Below are positions 1 through 14,108 of a stretch of 64,000 nucleotides of DNA, piece after piece. The stretch spans positions 37,324,001 through 37,388,000 of the forward strand of contig OZ024749.1 of the NCBI GenBank assembly GCA_964016885.1, read 5' to 3'. Below the pieces are notes generated by a model. That model made no database searches. It was given only the letters and a program-made list of their open reading frames with translations, and had not been told where the DNA came from. This DNA comes from Eledone cirrhosa (taxonomy: Eukaryota). Positions within the stretch are counted from its first letter, which is position 1; the number at the start of each line of letters is the position of its first letter. The translations under genes and the position numbers were made by a program.

Positions 1-109
1 GTTTCAAGTCCCAGGACTAATGTGATGTATATAATATATTGTTTTACATTACATTCCATACAGACTTTTCTACACACTCACATTTATCATCACAAACACG
101 CTTCTTTAT

Positions 110-140
<31 letters not shown>

Positions 141-1144
141 TACACACGCACACACACACAACCAGCCATCGAAACTGTTTAAGCTTGACCGTATGGTTCA
201 TACGTTTTGAATAATATATATATACACATGTACGTTTGTGAGAGTTGGTGTACTAATACTTAGTAGTTTATTATTAATAAAATGATGATAAACATAATTT
301 TATTTTTGTTGTTGTAATCTGTTACACGGCGGTGGATGAAAAGCTCGGTAGAGCATCGGACAACATCTCGGACCACCAAAGTTGTGTGGAATTGTTTCAC
401 TTTAAATGTTGTAATAATATGGTTTGTTGTATGTCCGGCAGTGTGCCTGACCAAATGTCATGGTACTTTCATACGGCCTCCTACGTTCATTGTCTAAATC
501 CTTTCGGGATCAGATTTACTCCACTTTCACTTCCTTTCTGTGGTCGAACAAATTGCCTTTAATCATCCAACTATATCGCTGCTATATATATGTGAATTTT
601 TCTCTGTGGTCACTGATATTGCTGGAAATTGTAGCCGTATATCCTTCATTGGCGTCTTTAAAATAAAACCTGGATATTTTGGACAAGTGTAAATCAGCGG
701 TTTCTATCCAAGTGATCATGAATCCCAAGGATCGATAAAGGCAATACTTGGTGTTCTGGAAGATAAATTTAAAAACATTAAATACTTGGTTAAAAACACT
801 ATAAACACACACACACACTACTGGGTATCACTTCTTCTCTTTGTATTGTTATTTTCACTGTATTCTCGGGAGTGGTGTAGATGGTGCAACATTTATTTAA
901 GTAAAAGTGTCTCTTCGTACTGAAATGATAGAGAACCATTGATATTGATCTTTATATATAAAAATAGCCGACAGGAATCAGGAATAATTTTGGTCACTTC
1001 ATTCATGAATGAAGTGAAGTTAAACAACACAAAACTACCAGTGTTTTAACCCTTGCACTCTTGTACCACATTAAATCGTGTTAACAAGACATTTTTGAAA
1101 AGTCCTATGACTGTATCACATGAAGGCTGAAAGTGTTTACTCTA

Positions 1145-1315
1145 ATAATTGTTTCTACTTTTGGCACAAGGCCAGCAATTACCCAGTGTATTACTGGTAC
1201 TTTATTTTATCGACCCCGTAAGGATGAAAGGCAAAGTTAACCTCGGCGGGATTTGAACTCAGAATGGCGAGGGCCGTAACTCTATGCGTCAACCGATACT
1301 TCCAATCCACCGCCC
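1145..1315 (-). mobile_element. tRNA-derived SINE family A
   Basis: Minus strand carries a GGGCGGTGGATTGG head, B box GAGTTCAAATCC, central GCCTTTCATCCTTACGGGGTCGATAAAAT and 3' end GAAACAATTAT. Confidence 0.85.
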
Positions 1316-1716
1316 TCTCTAATAATGCAAATTTTCAAAGCGATTTGAGCAAAAGTAAAGATACTATAAATATTAAATTCTTTATTGTAATCTATCACTG
1401 CAGATATTCGCAACAGTCTGTCCGCTTTTAAGGACTTTATAAACATTTTATTTAACAAAGATGCTTTTAGATATTTTGTGTGAAAAATCATTACATTATG
1501 TTAAGAAATCATTATGTCAGTCGTGTGACCGAGCAGTGGGTCTTAAGACTCACTTTAGAATAATTCTTGTCATCTATTTTGGTAAATCTCCTATCTCTAT
1601 AATTGTAACGGTAGTTTTTGTATGGAGCAGAAGAAAACAAGTGTATCGGAGGGTTCGATTTGGTTAACTTTCTTCCCAATATTACCTCAAGCTGAGAAGT
1701 GTCAACAGATCGAAAT

Positions 1717-1782
<66 letters not shown>

Positions 1783-1784
1783 TT

Positions 1785-1976
1785 AGAAGGAACAAGGGGC
1801 TGTGTGGTTACTTGATAAACTGTATTCAAAAATAAAAGGAAAGCACAAACAAGGGACAGGTCCCCTTTTCAGTTGTCTGCTGGGGGTCTCGGACATTTCA
1901 ACGCATCAGATCTCCGAGACCCCCAGCAGACAGCTGAAGAGGGGACCTCTCCCTCGTTTGTGCTTTCCTTTTATTT
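1785..1976 (-). mobile_element. Fold-back element family G
   Basis: 64-bp arms at 1830-1893 and 1913-1976; homologous copy at 9613-9772 (+). Confidence 0.7.
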
Positions 1977-2591
1977 CTATATGTATGTGTATGTGTATGT
2001 ATATAAGTATGTATATTCAGATCATTTACAATTAAAGATCAAGGTCTCGTCTCAATAAGGGACATAATACGTATGTGAACAGTAATTCATTTTATATAAA
2101 ACACACACATATGCACACACATACACACACACACGCACACATACATTTATGTATGTAAAAGTGCTTTTTTCTACCTAAAATCCTCGATTTGTAGGTATTT
2201 TTACCATGCTTTCAATTATATATATATTGCCGTTAGTTAAGTATTTTCTTCAGATCTATAAGCCAAGACATCCCAGACGTGGCCATCCCGTCGTTATTAA
2301 AACATTATACTAGACTACAAAACATTCAATGTATAGTTGTCATTTAAAACTAAAATATGTAATAGCCATATTTATCTCTAGTTACACTATTATACAAATC
2401 CTTTGACTACATTAAAACTACATATCATCTCATTGAGGTGGATCTGATTTTTATATCTAGTAATTCTCACACGTGTTTATTATTTTGTGGTTGGTTATTG
2501 CTAAAATCTCTTGTTTTATTACATTGTTAGACACACACACACATACATACACACACACACACACACAGATATATATATATATATATATATA

Positions 2592-2774
2592 TTTGTGTCT
2601 ACTTTAGGCACAAGGCCAGCAATTACCCAGTTCATTACTGGTACTTTATTTTATCGACCCCGTAAGGATGAAAGGCAAAGTCAACCTCGGCGGGATTTGA
2701 ACTCAGATCGAAAAGGGACGTAACTATACTGGAAAGCATGGCGTCCGACCCTCTACCGATACTGCCAATCCACC
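2592..2774 (-). mobile_element. SINE family A, near full length
   Basis: Matches the family consensus. Confidence 0.85.
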
Positions 2775-2784
2775 ATATATATTG

Positions 2785-2923
2785 GTCCAGAATTAGCCGT
2801 CGAAACGGCTTGAGCTCAGCCGTCGGTGTCCTACTCGTTCCTATTACCCACTCTACTACCCTAAGTATTGAGTACTTTGGTGCGTTATGGTCCACCTGGT
2901 TCCTTTCCACATTTCCTTCGTTA
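2785..2923 (+). mobile_element. Family B element carrying a hammerhead 3' half (GAAAC-stem III-GUC)
   Basis: agccgtc-GAAAC-GGCT(tgagctc)AGCC-GTC, then the conserved tail ccctaagtattgagtact..ggtgcgttatggtccacctggttcc, ending in (TA)n. Confidence 0.75.
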
Positions 2924-3203
2924 TATATATAGATATATAGATATATAGATATATATAAAACCATGCAAATGTATAAATAAATGGTGTAAAATGTATAACG
3001 TACGTCCACGGTTTTGTGTGTGGGTGTGTATGTGTGTGTGTATATATATATATATAGCCGTACAAATGTATAAATAAATGGTGTATACTATATAAAGTAC
3101 GTCTGTGTGTGTGCATAGTTTTCAAAAGGTGTATGCATATACGTTTATGTGTATGTGTGTGTGTGTGTATATGTGTTTGATATATAGCTGTTTATAGCTT
3201 TAC

Positions 3204-3257
<54 letters not shown>

Positions 3258-3440
3258 TTTTCTGAATGTGTGTATGTTTATGTGCGTGTGAAATCGAGTT
3301 ACACTGTTCCGCTTGACCGACTACTGGGGGGACCGTTATGTTAGTCTGAGAATTAAGGAGAGGGGGGGGGGGGCTGTTGAAAATCACCTCTCCCTTATTT
3401 CTCTCTAAATATGTATATATATATACATACACACACACAC

Positions 3441-3472
<32 letters not shown>

Positions 3473-3759
3473 ATATATATAGTCATAGGCATAAACAATC
3501 AAATACACGTTTATAACTGTGCGCGTACTTACCCTTACAAACATACATCTTTACAACTTCACTCCCAACACTCAAACAGACACATGAAAAAAACTTCACT
3601 ATACCTGGTAACATACTACTACTACTACTGCTACTACTGCTACTGTATTTTGTCACTCTTACCTTGTTGATGAGGATTCTGTCAGTCTCGTTCCTGTGCG
3701 CCTGTGTACTTTATTCTAGACTAATACATACATATATATAGAGTATATGTTGGTTGTTT

Positions 3760-3805
<46 letters not shown>

Positions 3806-4511
3806 GTACAGGGCGGTGCCCCAGCATGGCCTCAGCCGGATGGCTGAAACAGGTAAAAGAGAGTACATATATATAAACGCTCATAAATAGATATCACCAC
3901 ATGTGGGTGTATTTATATATGTGTGTGTATGTATATGTATATATATATATATGTGTGTGTGTATATGTATATGTATATATAAATATGTTTGTGTATATAT
4001 ATATATATGTTTATGTATATATATATATATAAATATGTTTATGTATATATATATATATATATAAATATGTTTGTGTATATATATATATATGTGTGTGTGT
4101 AATAATAAAAATGACGATATATATATATGTATATGTGTGTGTGTAATAATAAAAAAATGACGAAATGTCAGATCTTCATTACATTTATTGAGGTGTGTAT
4201 ATATATATACATATATATATACATATATATATACACATATATTCGCACACAGACACCCGCACTTGTATATATAGTTTACTAGACAGAATGGCAGACAGAT
4301 AAATACACAGACATTTAGTATGTTTAGTTCAAGCCCGCCAAAAAAATATCAGTTCATTATATTTTCGGTGATGGTAATAAGTACACAATTACACACTCAC
4401 TCAAACACACACCGTTACTCTAATACCGAAAATATTCACGACAATCTGTCCACTACTAAAGATGCTACAAACATATGAATTAACAAACCTTCTGGTAAAT
4501 ATTTCTGTTAA

Positions 4512-4605
4512 ATAATTGTTTCTACTTTTGGCACAAGGCCAGCAATTACCCAGTAGATTACTGGTACTTTATTTTATCGACCCCGTAAGGATTAAAGGCA
4601 AAGTT
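4512..4605 (-). mobile_element. SINE family A, 5'-truncated, 16-bp TSD
   Basis: ttctgttaaataattg at 4503-4518 and 4604-4619. Confidence 0.9.
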
Positions 4606-4692
4606 CTGTTAAATAATTGCAGGATTTCATGACTTAAATACACACACACACATATATATATATACACACACACACACATATATATAAATATA

Positions 4693-4729
<37 letters not shown>

Positions 4730-4919
4730 GAGTTCAGTCTTTTTCGTCGCTATGGTCACTGCGGCCCGTCTATCGGTCGTTGTCTTCAATTTGCAAAGCT
4801 GTCTAAACGTAATGTTATAACTCTAGGGTTATATACCCTATTGAGTGCTTAGCTGCACACCGAAACTGCATTCGTTAGCTTGGCTGCAACCATGGCTTCG
4901 TTGATGCTGCACTAAATTT

Positions 4920-4955
<36 letters not shown>

Positions 4956-4958
<3 letters not shown>

Positions 4959-5190
4959 TCATCATCATCATTTCATTTTACGTCCGCTTTTTCCCTGCTT
5001 GCAAGGGTGGGACGCGAACCGATTCTGGCTTGATTTCTACACTTGGATGCCCTTCCTAACACCAACCTCATTTACAGTGAGTGCTGGGTGCTTTTTTTGC
5101 CGTGGCACCTCCACGACCACTTTGCAGTGGAATGATATGGACCCCAGTCCCTATCATCTCATTTCTACAGCTGAGTAAACTGGAGCAATA
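4956..5190 (-). mobile_element. SINE family H, 5'-truncated
   Basis: Matches 40140-40366. Confidence 0.8.
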
Positions 5191-5547
5191 TATATATATA
5201 TATATATGCATTACATGCATACATACAGACAGACAGATATATATATATTTCATATGGGATCTCCGCGTGTGTTGTTTTACAAAGAAACACCACGTTGAAG
5301 AAGTCTGTCGGTTGATATTAAATAATGTTTGACAATGTGTATATATATATATATATAGATAGATATATGAGAAAGAGGTATTTTTGTGTGTCTATGTGTA
5401 TGTGTAATATTACAGGAATGTATATGTAGTTATATACGATATTTACTTACATGTATTTACGAAATATGGTAGGGCTAAATGTGTATATCGATATGGATGT
5501 CTCTCTCTCTCTCTCACTCTCTCTCCCACTCTCTCTATGTATGTATT

Positions 5548-5660
5548 ATAGAAATGGCTTCTACAGGACTAGAACTGTTTCATTCGGGAGTAATCATCAA
5601 GAAGCCCATTTATACTCTATGTATTGAGTACCTTACTAACCCCGATTGAACCCGGGATAA
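5548..5660 (+). mobile_element. Family D element (antisense hammerhead 5556-5606 plus sense tail)
   Basis: Minus strand reads GGCUUC-UUGAUGA-...-GAAA-CAG..CUG-UA-GAAGCC; the tail matches 26765-26830. Confidence 0.65.
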
Positions 5661-5696
5661 AATTATAAATATATATACATATATATATATATATAT

Positions 5697-5886
5697 AATA
5701 TTGTTTCTACTTTTGGCACAAAGCCAGCAATTACCCAGTGCATTACTGGTACTTTATTTTATCAACCCCGTAAGGATGAAAGGCAAAGTCAACCTCGGCG
5801 GGATTTGAACTCAGATCGTAAAGGAACGTAACTATGCTGGAAAGCATGGTGTCCGACCCTCTACCGATACTGCCAACCCACCGCCC
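5697..5886 (-). mobile_element. SINE family A, full length
   Basis: Matches the consensus, including A and B boxes. Confidence 0.9.
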
Positions 5887-5990
5887 TTATATATATATAA
5901 TATTAATATATATATATATATACACAGAAACATATGTGAAATCCTGAACGCGGCGCCAAGCGGTTTCGGCTTGTGTGTTCTCCAAGTCTT

Positions 5991-6048
<58 letters not shown>

Positions 6049-6218
6049 GCATATATATATAAATATATATATATATACACACACACACGCATATATATAT
6101 ATATATACACACACACACACGCATATATATATATACACACACGCATATATATATATACACACACGCATATATACATATACACACACACACACGCATATAT
6201 ATATACACACACACACAA

Positions 6219-6283
<65 letters not shown>

Positions 6284-6670
6284 TAGAGAGAGAGAGAGGT
6301 GAGAGAAAGAGAGCATGTGTATATACATATACATACAAAAACTCCCTTTCGCACTTATATGTGTTTCTGTGTATGTATATTCATGTATGTATATGGAGGC
6401 ACACATGTCTTAAATATACATACGTTTGTGTGTGTGTTGACACATCTACTTTAACATTCAAACACACACAACACACACACACACACACACACACCAACAC
6501 AATATATATGTGACAGCTGGGCTATTGGTTTATTGCACTAAATTTGTCAACTCCTTCAGTCGGAACAGTGATATATTTAAAACATCACACACACACATCT
6601 ATACACACGTGTGTGAGCAAATGAGAGTGCAGTGTGTAGAACATTCCGTATGGAATGATATAGTGATAAA

Positions 6671-6705
<35 letters not shown>

Positions 6706-6873
6706 GTATATATATGTATATGTATAGACAATTTATATGTATATGCGTATATTTATAAATATGTATGTATATATATACATATATATATATATATATAATG
6801 TGTGGGTATATATATATGCAAAGTATATATGTATGTGTATGTGTATATTTATAAATACGTATATATATATATA

Positions 6874-6907
<34 letters not shown>

Positions 6908-7031
6908 GCGATATATGTATGTGTGTGTATGTGTATATTTATAAATACGTATATATATATAGTGTGTGTATATATATATATGTATATATATATATAGTGT
7001 GTGTATATATATATATGTATATATATATATA

Positions 7032-7077
<46 letters not shown>

Positions 7078-7284
7078 TATATGTATGTATGTATGTATAC
7101 ATATATATTTGTGTGTGTATATATATATATATATATACATATATTGGTATGTATAGTGGTTAATCATTTGTTCGGTTTATTCACATATGCGTTTGACATA
7201 ACCCTGGCTACTTTCAAATATTTTGTAGAACTCTGTTAGATATAGGCACATACATACACACATATCTATATACGTGAGTGTAGG

Positions 7285-7330
<46 letters not shown>

Positions 7331-7573
7331 CCCACACGTAAAAGTGTATATATCATTCCACTAGGAATAACCTGCACTGAAGAGTGTTTTTACAAACTCT
7401 AGCACACCCTTATTAAAATATGCACTCCTAGACACATGTATTCATATGAGAGTGTACACAATTGAGAGGAGCCAATACGACTAGAACTCGTGTCTCCATA
7501 TTAACGTATTGTTCTAATTAACTTTCAATATATCCACATTAACCTTTCTTCACCTTTGCACATGTCCAAGTTG

Positions 7574-7605
<32 letters not shown>

Positions 7606-7832
7606 AGAGATATATATATGTATATATATATTAAAATTTGTCGATCGACTTTCGTCAAATCGGACCGCCGAGGAAGCAATGTTTCCGTTGTTCTTTCCAA
7701 TTGTTAATTCTATCTATGGGTCGCAACTCCATGTAGAAGGAGCAACGTGCATTACCCCCCACTCTCATGAGCGTGAAATTAATAAACATTTATTGTACTG
7801 CCTCTCTGTTTTGTCCCTGTTCAAATTTTTCC

Positions 7833-7880
<48 letters not shown>

Positions 7881-7901
7881 TATATATATATGCACGTTGA
7901 T

Positions 7902-8226
7902 ATGATTCCAGTTCCTCAGTGAAATAACAACCCAACCAGGAACTGGGCATATCAGAGTATTGACAAAGTTAAACACCTCAACAACATGTGTACGCGTCTC
8001 TACCACACTAATTCGGACTGCCTGAAGAGGTGACAGCCAAAGATGGCTGTCACCGAAATATATATAGCAGTAATAAACGAAGCCAAATTTTAAACATTTG
8101 ACTTATTTATTTTATTTTATTTTATTTTATTTTACATTACTCCGGAGTAACCAAACCAATCTGCGCACTTCGTCGAGTGCTCCAATCTGCATACTTAGGT
8201 GTTGGTATACAACCAACATATACTCT
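7902..8226 (+). mobile_element. Hammerhead-bearing non-autonomous element, family C (Penelope pLTR/retrozyme-like)
   Basis: Lies between TA tracts and contains HHR plus AATAAA. Homologous to 26300-26630 and 58845-58960; a tail fragment is at 3740-3763. Confidence 0.7.
8017..8071 (+). ncRNA. Type I hammerhead ribozyme with minimal stem III (family C)
   Basis: ACUGC-CUGAAGA-GGUGACAGCCA(aaga)UGGCUGUCACC-GAAA-UAUAUA-UA-GCAGU. Stem I is 5 bp, the core is complete, stem II is a perfect 11 bp closed by G-C, and stem III is self-complementary. AUA cleavage triplet; AATAAA follows immediately. Confidence 0.9.
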
Positions 8227-8402
8227 ATATATATATATATATATTTAATACATTAACAGAGAAAGCTTTTAGCGATACTCTGACCAACTCCATCTCACTC
8301 AACAAACGTTAGGATATACGTGAGTATAATCCCAATTATGTGTTTGGAGTGCTAACTATACAGTATTCCGTGGGTAGTTGGTTCTATTATTTTATATGAG
8401 AC

Positions 8403-8520
8403 CCCGAAAGGATGAAAGGCGAGGTTAACTTTGCCTTTCATTCTTCCGGGGTCGATAAAATAAAGTACCAGTAATGCATTGGGTAATTGCTGGCCTTGTG
8501 CCAAAAGTAGAAACAATTAT
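8403..8520 (+). mobile_element. SINE family A, truncated with an inverted 5' piece, 17-bp TSD
   Basis: attattttatatgagac at 8386-8402 and 8516-8532. Confidence 0.8.
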
Positions 8521-8586
8521 TTTATATGAGACATAATTAAATAAATCTCTCTTTCTTTCCATACGATATATACTTATATACGTACA

Positions 8587-8620
<34 letters not shown>

Positions 8621-8956
8621 CGTACATACATATATATATATATGTATATATGTGTGTATAATGTATACATATAAGGCTATTAGCCAGTCATTAGGACATC
8701 GGCGTTCGTTCCGACTATCAGCGTTCTGAGATCATATCCGGTAGAGCCCAGCGTTGCTTTCACCCTTCGAGGCTGGTGAATGAAGATCAAGTCCAGTACT
8801 AGGATAGATTGTACGTCTATCTCTATTCCTCATTTTCTGTCTCTCATCTTCCCTTCTGTGTTCAAACCCAGAAAAGGATCGGCTCCAATGTGTTTAAATT
8901 TCCCACAACCGTGCCACTACGAATCCAGAGGCCCTTGATATGTATAAATATACGTG

Positions 8957-8988
<32 letters not shown>

Positions 8989-9289
8989 AAAAGAGGTGGA
9001 GAAGGATAGGACAGTTTGATATTAAAAACACGAGAGTTTGATCTGGTTTTATTAATGATATTTCATAACAACTTATCAATTATATATTTGAAAGTTCAGC
9101 ATTTTATTCTCCGTAAAAATATATCAATATATCAACTCAGAATGTCTCTAAACCTTTATAGGTTTTGGAATTTAGGAACACTATATTTTCAAACCAAACA
9201 TAAAGAAATATGAAGATTTCCCAGTAAAAATGAGCACAGTCATGTGTATACACACACACACACACACAATGTATACTGATTAATGTTCA

Positions 9290-9594
9290 GAGCCATCCTC
9301 AACATTCTCGTGTAGCACCCATCCACCATCCCAAAAGTCAGCTCAAAAGTGACACAGAGGAGACTGAGGTTAGCTGGACATGCTCACCGACATCCAGAGT
9401 TGACATTGCACTCAGTGCTCCTTTGGGAGCCCCTACATGGACACACTAGAAGAGGAAGACCAAGGTTAACGTATGTTGATGCCCGAAGGACAGACACTGG
9501 TCTGTTGGAGACGCAGGACATGGCAGCTATAATGAGGGACAGAGACCGCTGGAGAGAACTCGTCCATGGATCTCGGGAATTTTACCCGCCTTAG
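9290..9594 (+). pseudogene. RTE-clade LINE, C-terminal ORF fragment
   Basis: RRLRLAGH...VLLWEP.HG...RGRPRLTYVD...MRDRDRWR, the typical post-RT C-terminus of RTE elements. Confidence 0.85.
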
Positions 9595-9612
9595 ATAGAA
9601 ATATATATATAT

Positions 9613-9764
9613 ATAAGGAAAGCAAGAACGGGGGTAAGGTGTCTTTAATGTATAGAAATATCCATGATCCTCAGTAGACAACTGATGAAGGAAAATTATC
9701 CCCCCTTTCGTGCTTTTCTCTTATTTATAAATACACCATATCCAGCAACTACACAACCCCTGTT

Positions 9765-9772
<8 letters not shown>
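9613..9772 (+). mobile_element. Family G element (divergent)
   Basis: cagtagacaactgatgaagg...gtgcttttctcttattt...cacaacccctgtttcttct, with a short inverted 5' piece. Confidence 0.55.
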
Positions 9773-9832
<60 letters not shown>

Positions 9833-10108
9833 CCAATGATGGTTGGCAAATCACTGATGAGGGACTAATTTTAGAATATGTAATCCATGTGCAACCATGC
9901 AGTATTCTTCAGCCCTTGTTTTTCATATATATATATATATGTGTGTGTGTGTAGTTTATTGGTGTGTAACCTTTAGTTACTATTGGTCCCCAAGTTTGAT
10001 CACTCAATGCCACCGTGTGTCCTGTTGGCAATGTAGTATTGTACGTTCAATATTACACTGTAGTCGGTATCTTTAAAAAGCAGAGTGTTAATAACAATAA
10101 CAATAATA

Positions 10109-10237
10109 GTTGTTTCTACTTTAAACACACGGCCAGCAATCTGAAGAGAAGGGGGAGTTGATTAAATCGTCCCAACTGTATTACTGGTACTTAAGGATGA
10201 ACGGTAACGCTAATCCCGGCGGAATTTGAACTCAGAT
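10109..10237 (-). mobile_element. Older SINE A-related copy
   Basis: ttgtttctacttt...ggccagcaat...ttactggtactt...ggcggaatttgaactcag with an extra internal segment. Confidence 0.6.
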
Positions 10238-10835
10238 AAACTATATATTAACAAGATAGGTTACATTTATTCTAAGAAAATCGTAATGAAGGCCTTGCCC
10301 TTAGACACTAAAATACACAACTGCCACACTCTGATTGGAATGCAGACTTAACCCGCTAAATTTTAAGAATAATTTATGACAACCAAGAGAGCAATAATTT
10401 TTACATTAACATTTTAATTTTCTTCAATAATTAGTTCTATTACAGTCGGTGGGTATTTCATAACGTGGTTAGAATGGCGGATAGTAAGTTTTTGCACTGA
10501 GTTCAACTACTGCCAAGGTCAATTATACGTTTCATCAAAACAATTCATTAAGAATTTAGATAACCATTACTGGAACACTTGATTACTGATGTTTAAAACA
10601 TCAGTCCAATTGTATATGGATGGGGACCTGCTCCAGTGTAAAGGTGTAGAGCTCTAGCCCTCTATGGATTAATCGGTTATGGTAATAAGAGCAATATTCA
10701 CACATGGGCATATTATATATATATATATATATATATATAATGTATATATATATAGTATGTATATATATATATATATAGTATGTATATATATATATATATA
10801 TATAGTATGTATATATATATAGTATGTATATATAT

Positions 10836-11056
10836 GAAGGCGTGTGGCTGAGTGGTTAGAGAATTGTATTCGCAATCGTAAGGTTGTGAGTTCGATTCCT
10901 GGACCAGGCGATGCGTTATGTCCTTGAGCAAGACACTTTATTTCACGTTGCTCCTTCTACCTGGAGCTGCGACCGGTAGATAGTATTAGCAATTGGAAAG
11001 ACCAACGGGAACATTGTTCCATCGGTCCGATTTGACAAAAAAGTCGATCGTTCCTT
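10836..11056 (+). mobile_element. tRNA-derived SINE family F with CORE-like domain
   Basis: A box TGGCTGAGTGG, B box GTTCGATTCC, and tgtccttgagcaagacactt. Further copies at 11595-11769 (-), 28909-29104 (+) and 7635-7785 (-, degenerate). Confidence 0.85.
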
Positions 11057-11194
11057 ATATATATATATATAGTATGTATATATATATATAGTATGTATAT
11101 ATATATATAGTATGTATATATATATATGTATATGTGTGTGAAATAGAAAACATTTAGTCCTGCGTTTGTCTGTTTTTTATTTTATTATTCCGAA

Positions 11195-11244
<50 letters not shown>

Positions 11245-11267
11245 GGGTGGGGGGGCGGGGGGGTATT

Positions 11268-11440
11268 AGAAGGGCTCTTGCCGTTTCAACAGCTAGGTTC
11301 AGACATGGAAACTAGCTGCTGAAACGGCAAGAGCTCAGCCGTCGGGCTCCGACACTTTCTATAGTAAAGTCATACTCATTCTATAGTAAGTCATATATCC
11401 CCAGTCTAACTCGTTTAAAACTGGTTCGATCGCTCAATAT
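11268..11440 (+). mobile_element. Divergent family B fold-back element
   Basis: Inverted repeat gctcttgccgtttca...tgaaacggcaagagc, with GAAACGGC..GCCGTC. Confidence 0.5.
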
Positions 11441-11466
11441 ATGTATATATAACTATATTTATACAC

Positions 11467-11769
<303 letters not shown>

Positions 11770-11781
11770 CACATTCCTTTG

Positions 11782-11831
<50 letters not shown>

Positions 11832-11833
<2 letters not shown>

Positions 11834-12013
11834 ACAAAGGAATTGTGGTCAGGAACCAGATGGACCATAACGCACCAGAGTACTCAATATGTAGTGTAGC
11901 AGAGTGGGAAATAGGAGAAAAGTATGACCCCGACGACAGAGCTCAAGCCGTTTCGACCGCTATTTCTAGCCGCCCAAACGGCTTGAGCTCTGTCGTCGGG
12001 GGTCATACTTTTT

Positions 12014-12017
<4 letters not shown>
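11832..12017 (-). mobile_element. Family B fold-back element
   Basis: Reverse-complement tail plus inverted repeat aaaagtatgaccccgacgacagagctcaagccgttt / aaacggcttgagctctgtcgtcgggggtcatactttt; TA flanks. Confidence 0.8.
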
Positions 12018-12062
<45 letters not shown>

Positions 12063-12481
12063 CTACTTACATACACACGTGTCTATATATTAAAATACAC
12101 AGGCCGTGTTAAAGATTTATCTATAAATATATTTCCTTTGATGTTTATCCATTCTTTTTGTAGAGAACGGATATAACATCCTTTCTATTCCTGTACAGGT
12201 GTATATGTATGTCTATATACATATACACATGTATAGGTGTATATGTATGTCTACATACATATACACCTGTACAGGTGTATATGTATGTCTACATACATGA
12301 ATGTGCGTAAATGCGTACATGATTCAAGATACATTGAGATAGACAAACATTATTTATATATGTATAGACATACATATATGTATAAACATATATATATATA
12401 TGTGTAGACACTCATACACACACACATATATATATATATATAAACTTAGATATATGTATATATATGTATATATAAACATAA

Positions 12482-12536
<55 letters not shown>

Positions 12537-12606
12537 CATATACATACAGATATATATATATATATATATATATATCTTTATGTTTATATATACATATATT
12601 TAAGTT

Positions 12607-12659
<53 letters not shown>

Positions 12660-12706
12660 CTTCAATTAGAATACTCCGGTGCTAAACCGTACCCTTTCCT
12701 CCATTA

Positions 12707-12743
<37 letters not shown>

Positions 12744-12776
12744 TTCATACACACGTTTCTCTCTCACTATATATAT

Positions 12777-12810
<34 letters not shown>

Positions 12811-13151
12811 GCTTCAATAAACGTATATTTTTTCGTATAGAGAAACACTTTCGCACGACCCCCTTCCATACATCATCTCTATTGTACTCCTGCAACACTT
12901 TCCCCTTTACCTTCATCTCCCTCCACCTTTCCTTCTTCTCACTCCACCTTACCTTCTTGTCCCTCCCCCTTACCTTCCCCTTCTCCTTTCCTATATCTTC
13001 TAGACTAGACTGAAATTATTTATCAAATCTACTCAATTGTGGTCTTTTAATTGAACTTTCACTCGGAGCTCTGTGTAAGTTTGTCAATCTGTCCGTCAGA
13101 AGGTCTGTACATCCATTGTTTAGTTTTGTATGCGTGCGACTGTGTAATATG

Positions 13152-13230
<79 letters not shown>

Positions 13231-13235
13231 ATATA

Positions 13236-13266
<31 letters not shown>

Positions 13267-13338
13267 GTGTGTATATATATGTGTGTATATATATATATAT
13301 ATAGTATATATATGTGTGTGTGTATATATGTGTGTATA

Positions 13339-13379
<41 letters not shown>

Positions 13380-13725
13380 TATATATGTTCATATATAGTA
13401 TATATATATATATATATATACTATATATGTTCATATATGTATGTGTATAAAATACTACATATGCATATGTATATGTATATATATGTGTGTTGTGTGTGTA
13501 CGTGTGTATACTTACATATATAATTTTATATACGTATGTATGTATATATATAAAAATATATATGTATATATATATATATATATATACACATATATATATA
13601 TACATATATATATACATACATGCATGCGTATATATAATTATATACTCTGAACTAAGGTCCATTGGGCTTATTTAATGAGAAACAGGATCATCATACATAT
13701 TAAATATGTTTTGATACGTTTGCAT

Positions 13726-13768
<43 letters not shown>

Positions 13769-13867
13769 ACACACAATATACAATTTAGCAGTGGTCCCCA
13801 AACCTATTTTATTGAGGAAAGTTTACGCAATATTCCAAAGATCGTGACATCCAGACACGAAATGAAA

Positions 13868-14108
13868 AATGTTACGTTGGTGTCCAACGTAACGTCGTAT
13901 TGTTCGACGTAATATCAGTCGTTTGTAGTAATGTTACCAGAAGGTGTTTCTATTAACGTCCGTACCAGAGGGTGCTTGTAACGTAACGTTACTAGATGTC
14001 GATTTTTGCAATATGACGTTATTGAAAGGTCTTTCTTGTAAAATGACGTTACCAGAGGGTGTTTCTAGCAACGTAACGTTACCAGAGCGTTTGTGGTACT
14101 ATGACGTT
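13868..14108. repeat. Degenerate 30-bp CpG-rich minisatellite
   Basis: Unit approximately cgtaacgttaccagagggtgtttctagcaa. Confidence 0.7.

Noticed and set aside
260-820. Coding-like island
   Set aside because: Frames are broken and no motif is recognisable; 328-370 looks like an old SINE head.
7376-7410. Isolated CTGAAGA (similar isolated cores at 2246, 10141, 29855, 59053)
   Set aside because: No GAAA/NUH partner with matching stems.
10836-10910. tRNA gene
   Set aside because: A and B boxes run into a SINE body with several copies, and no complete cloverleaf is evident.
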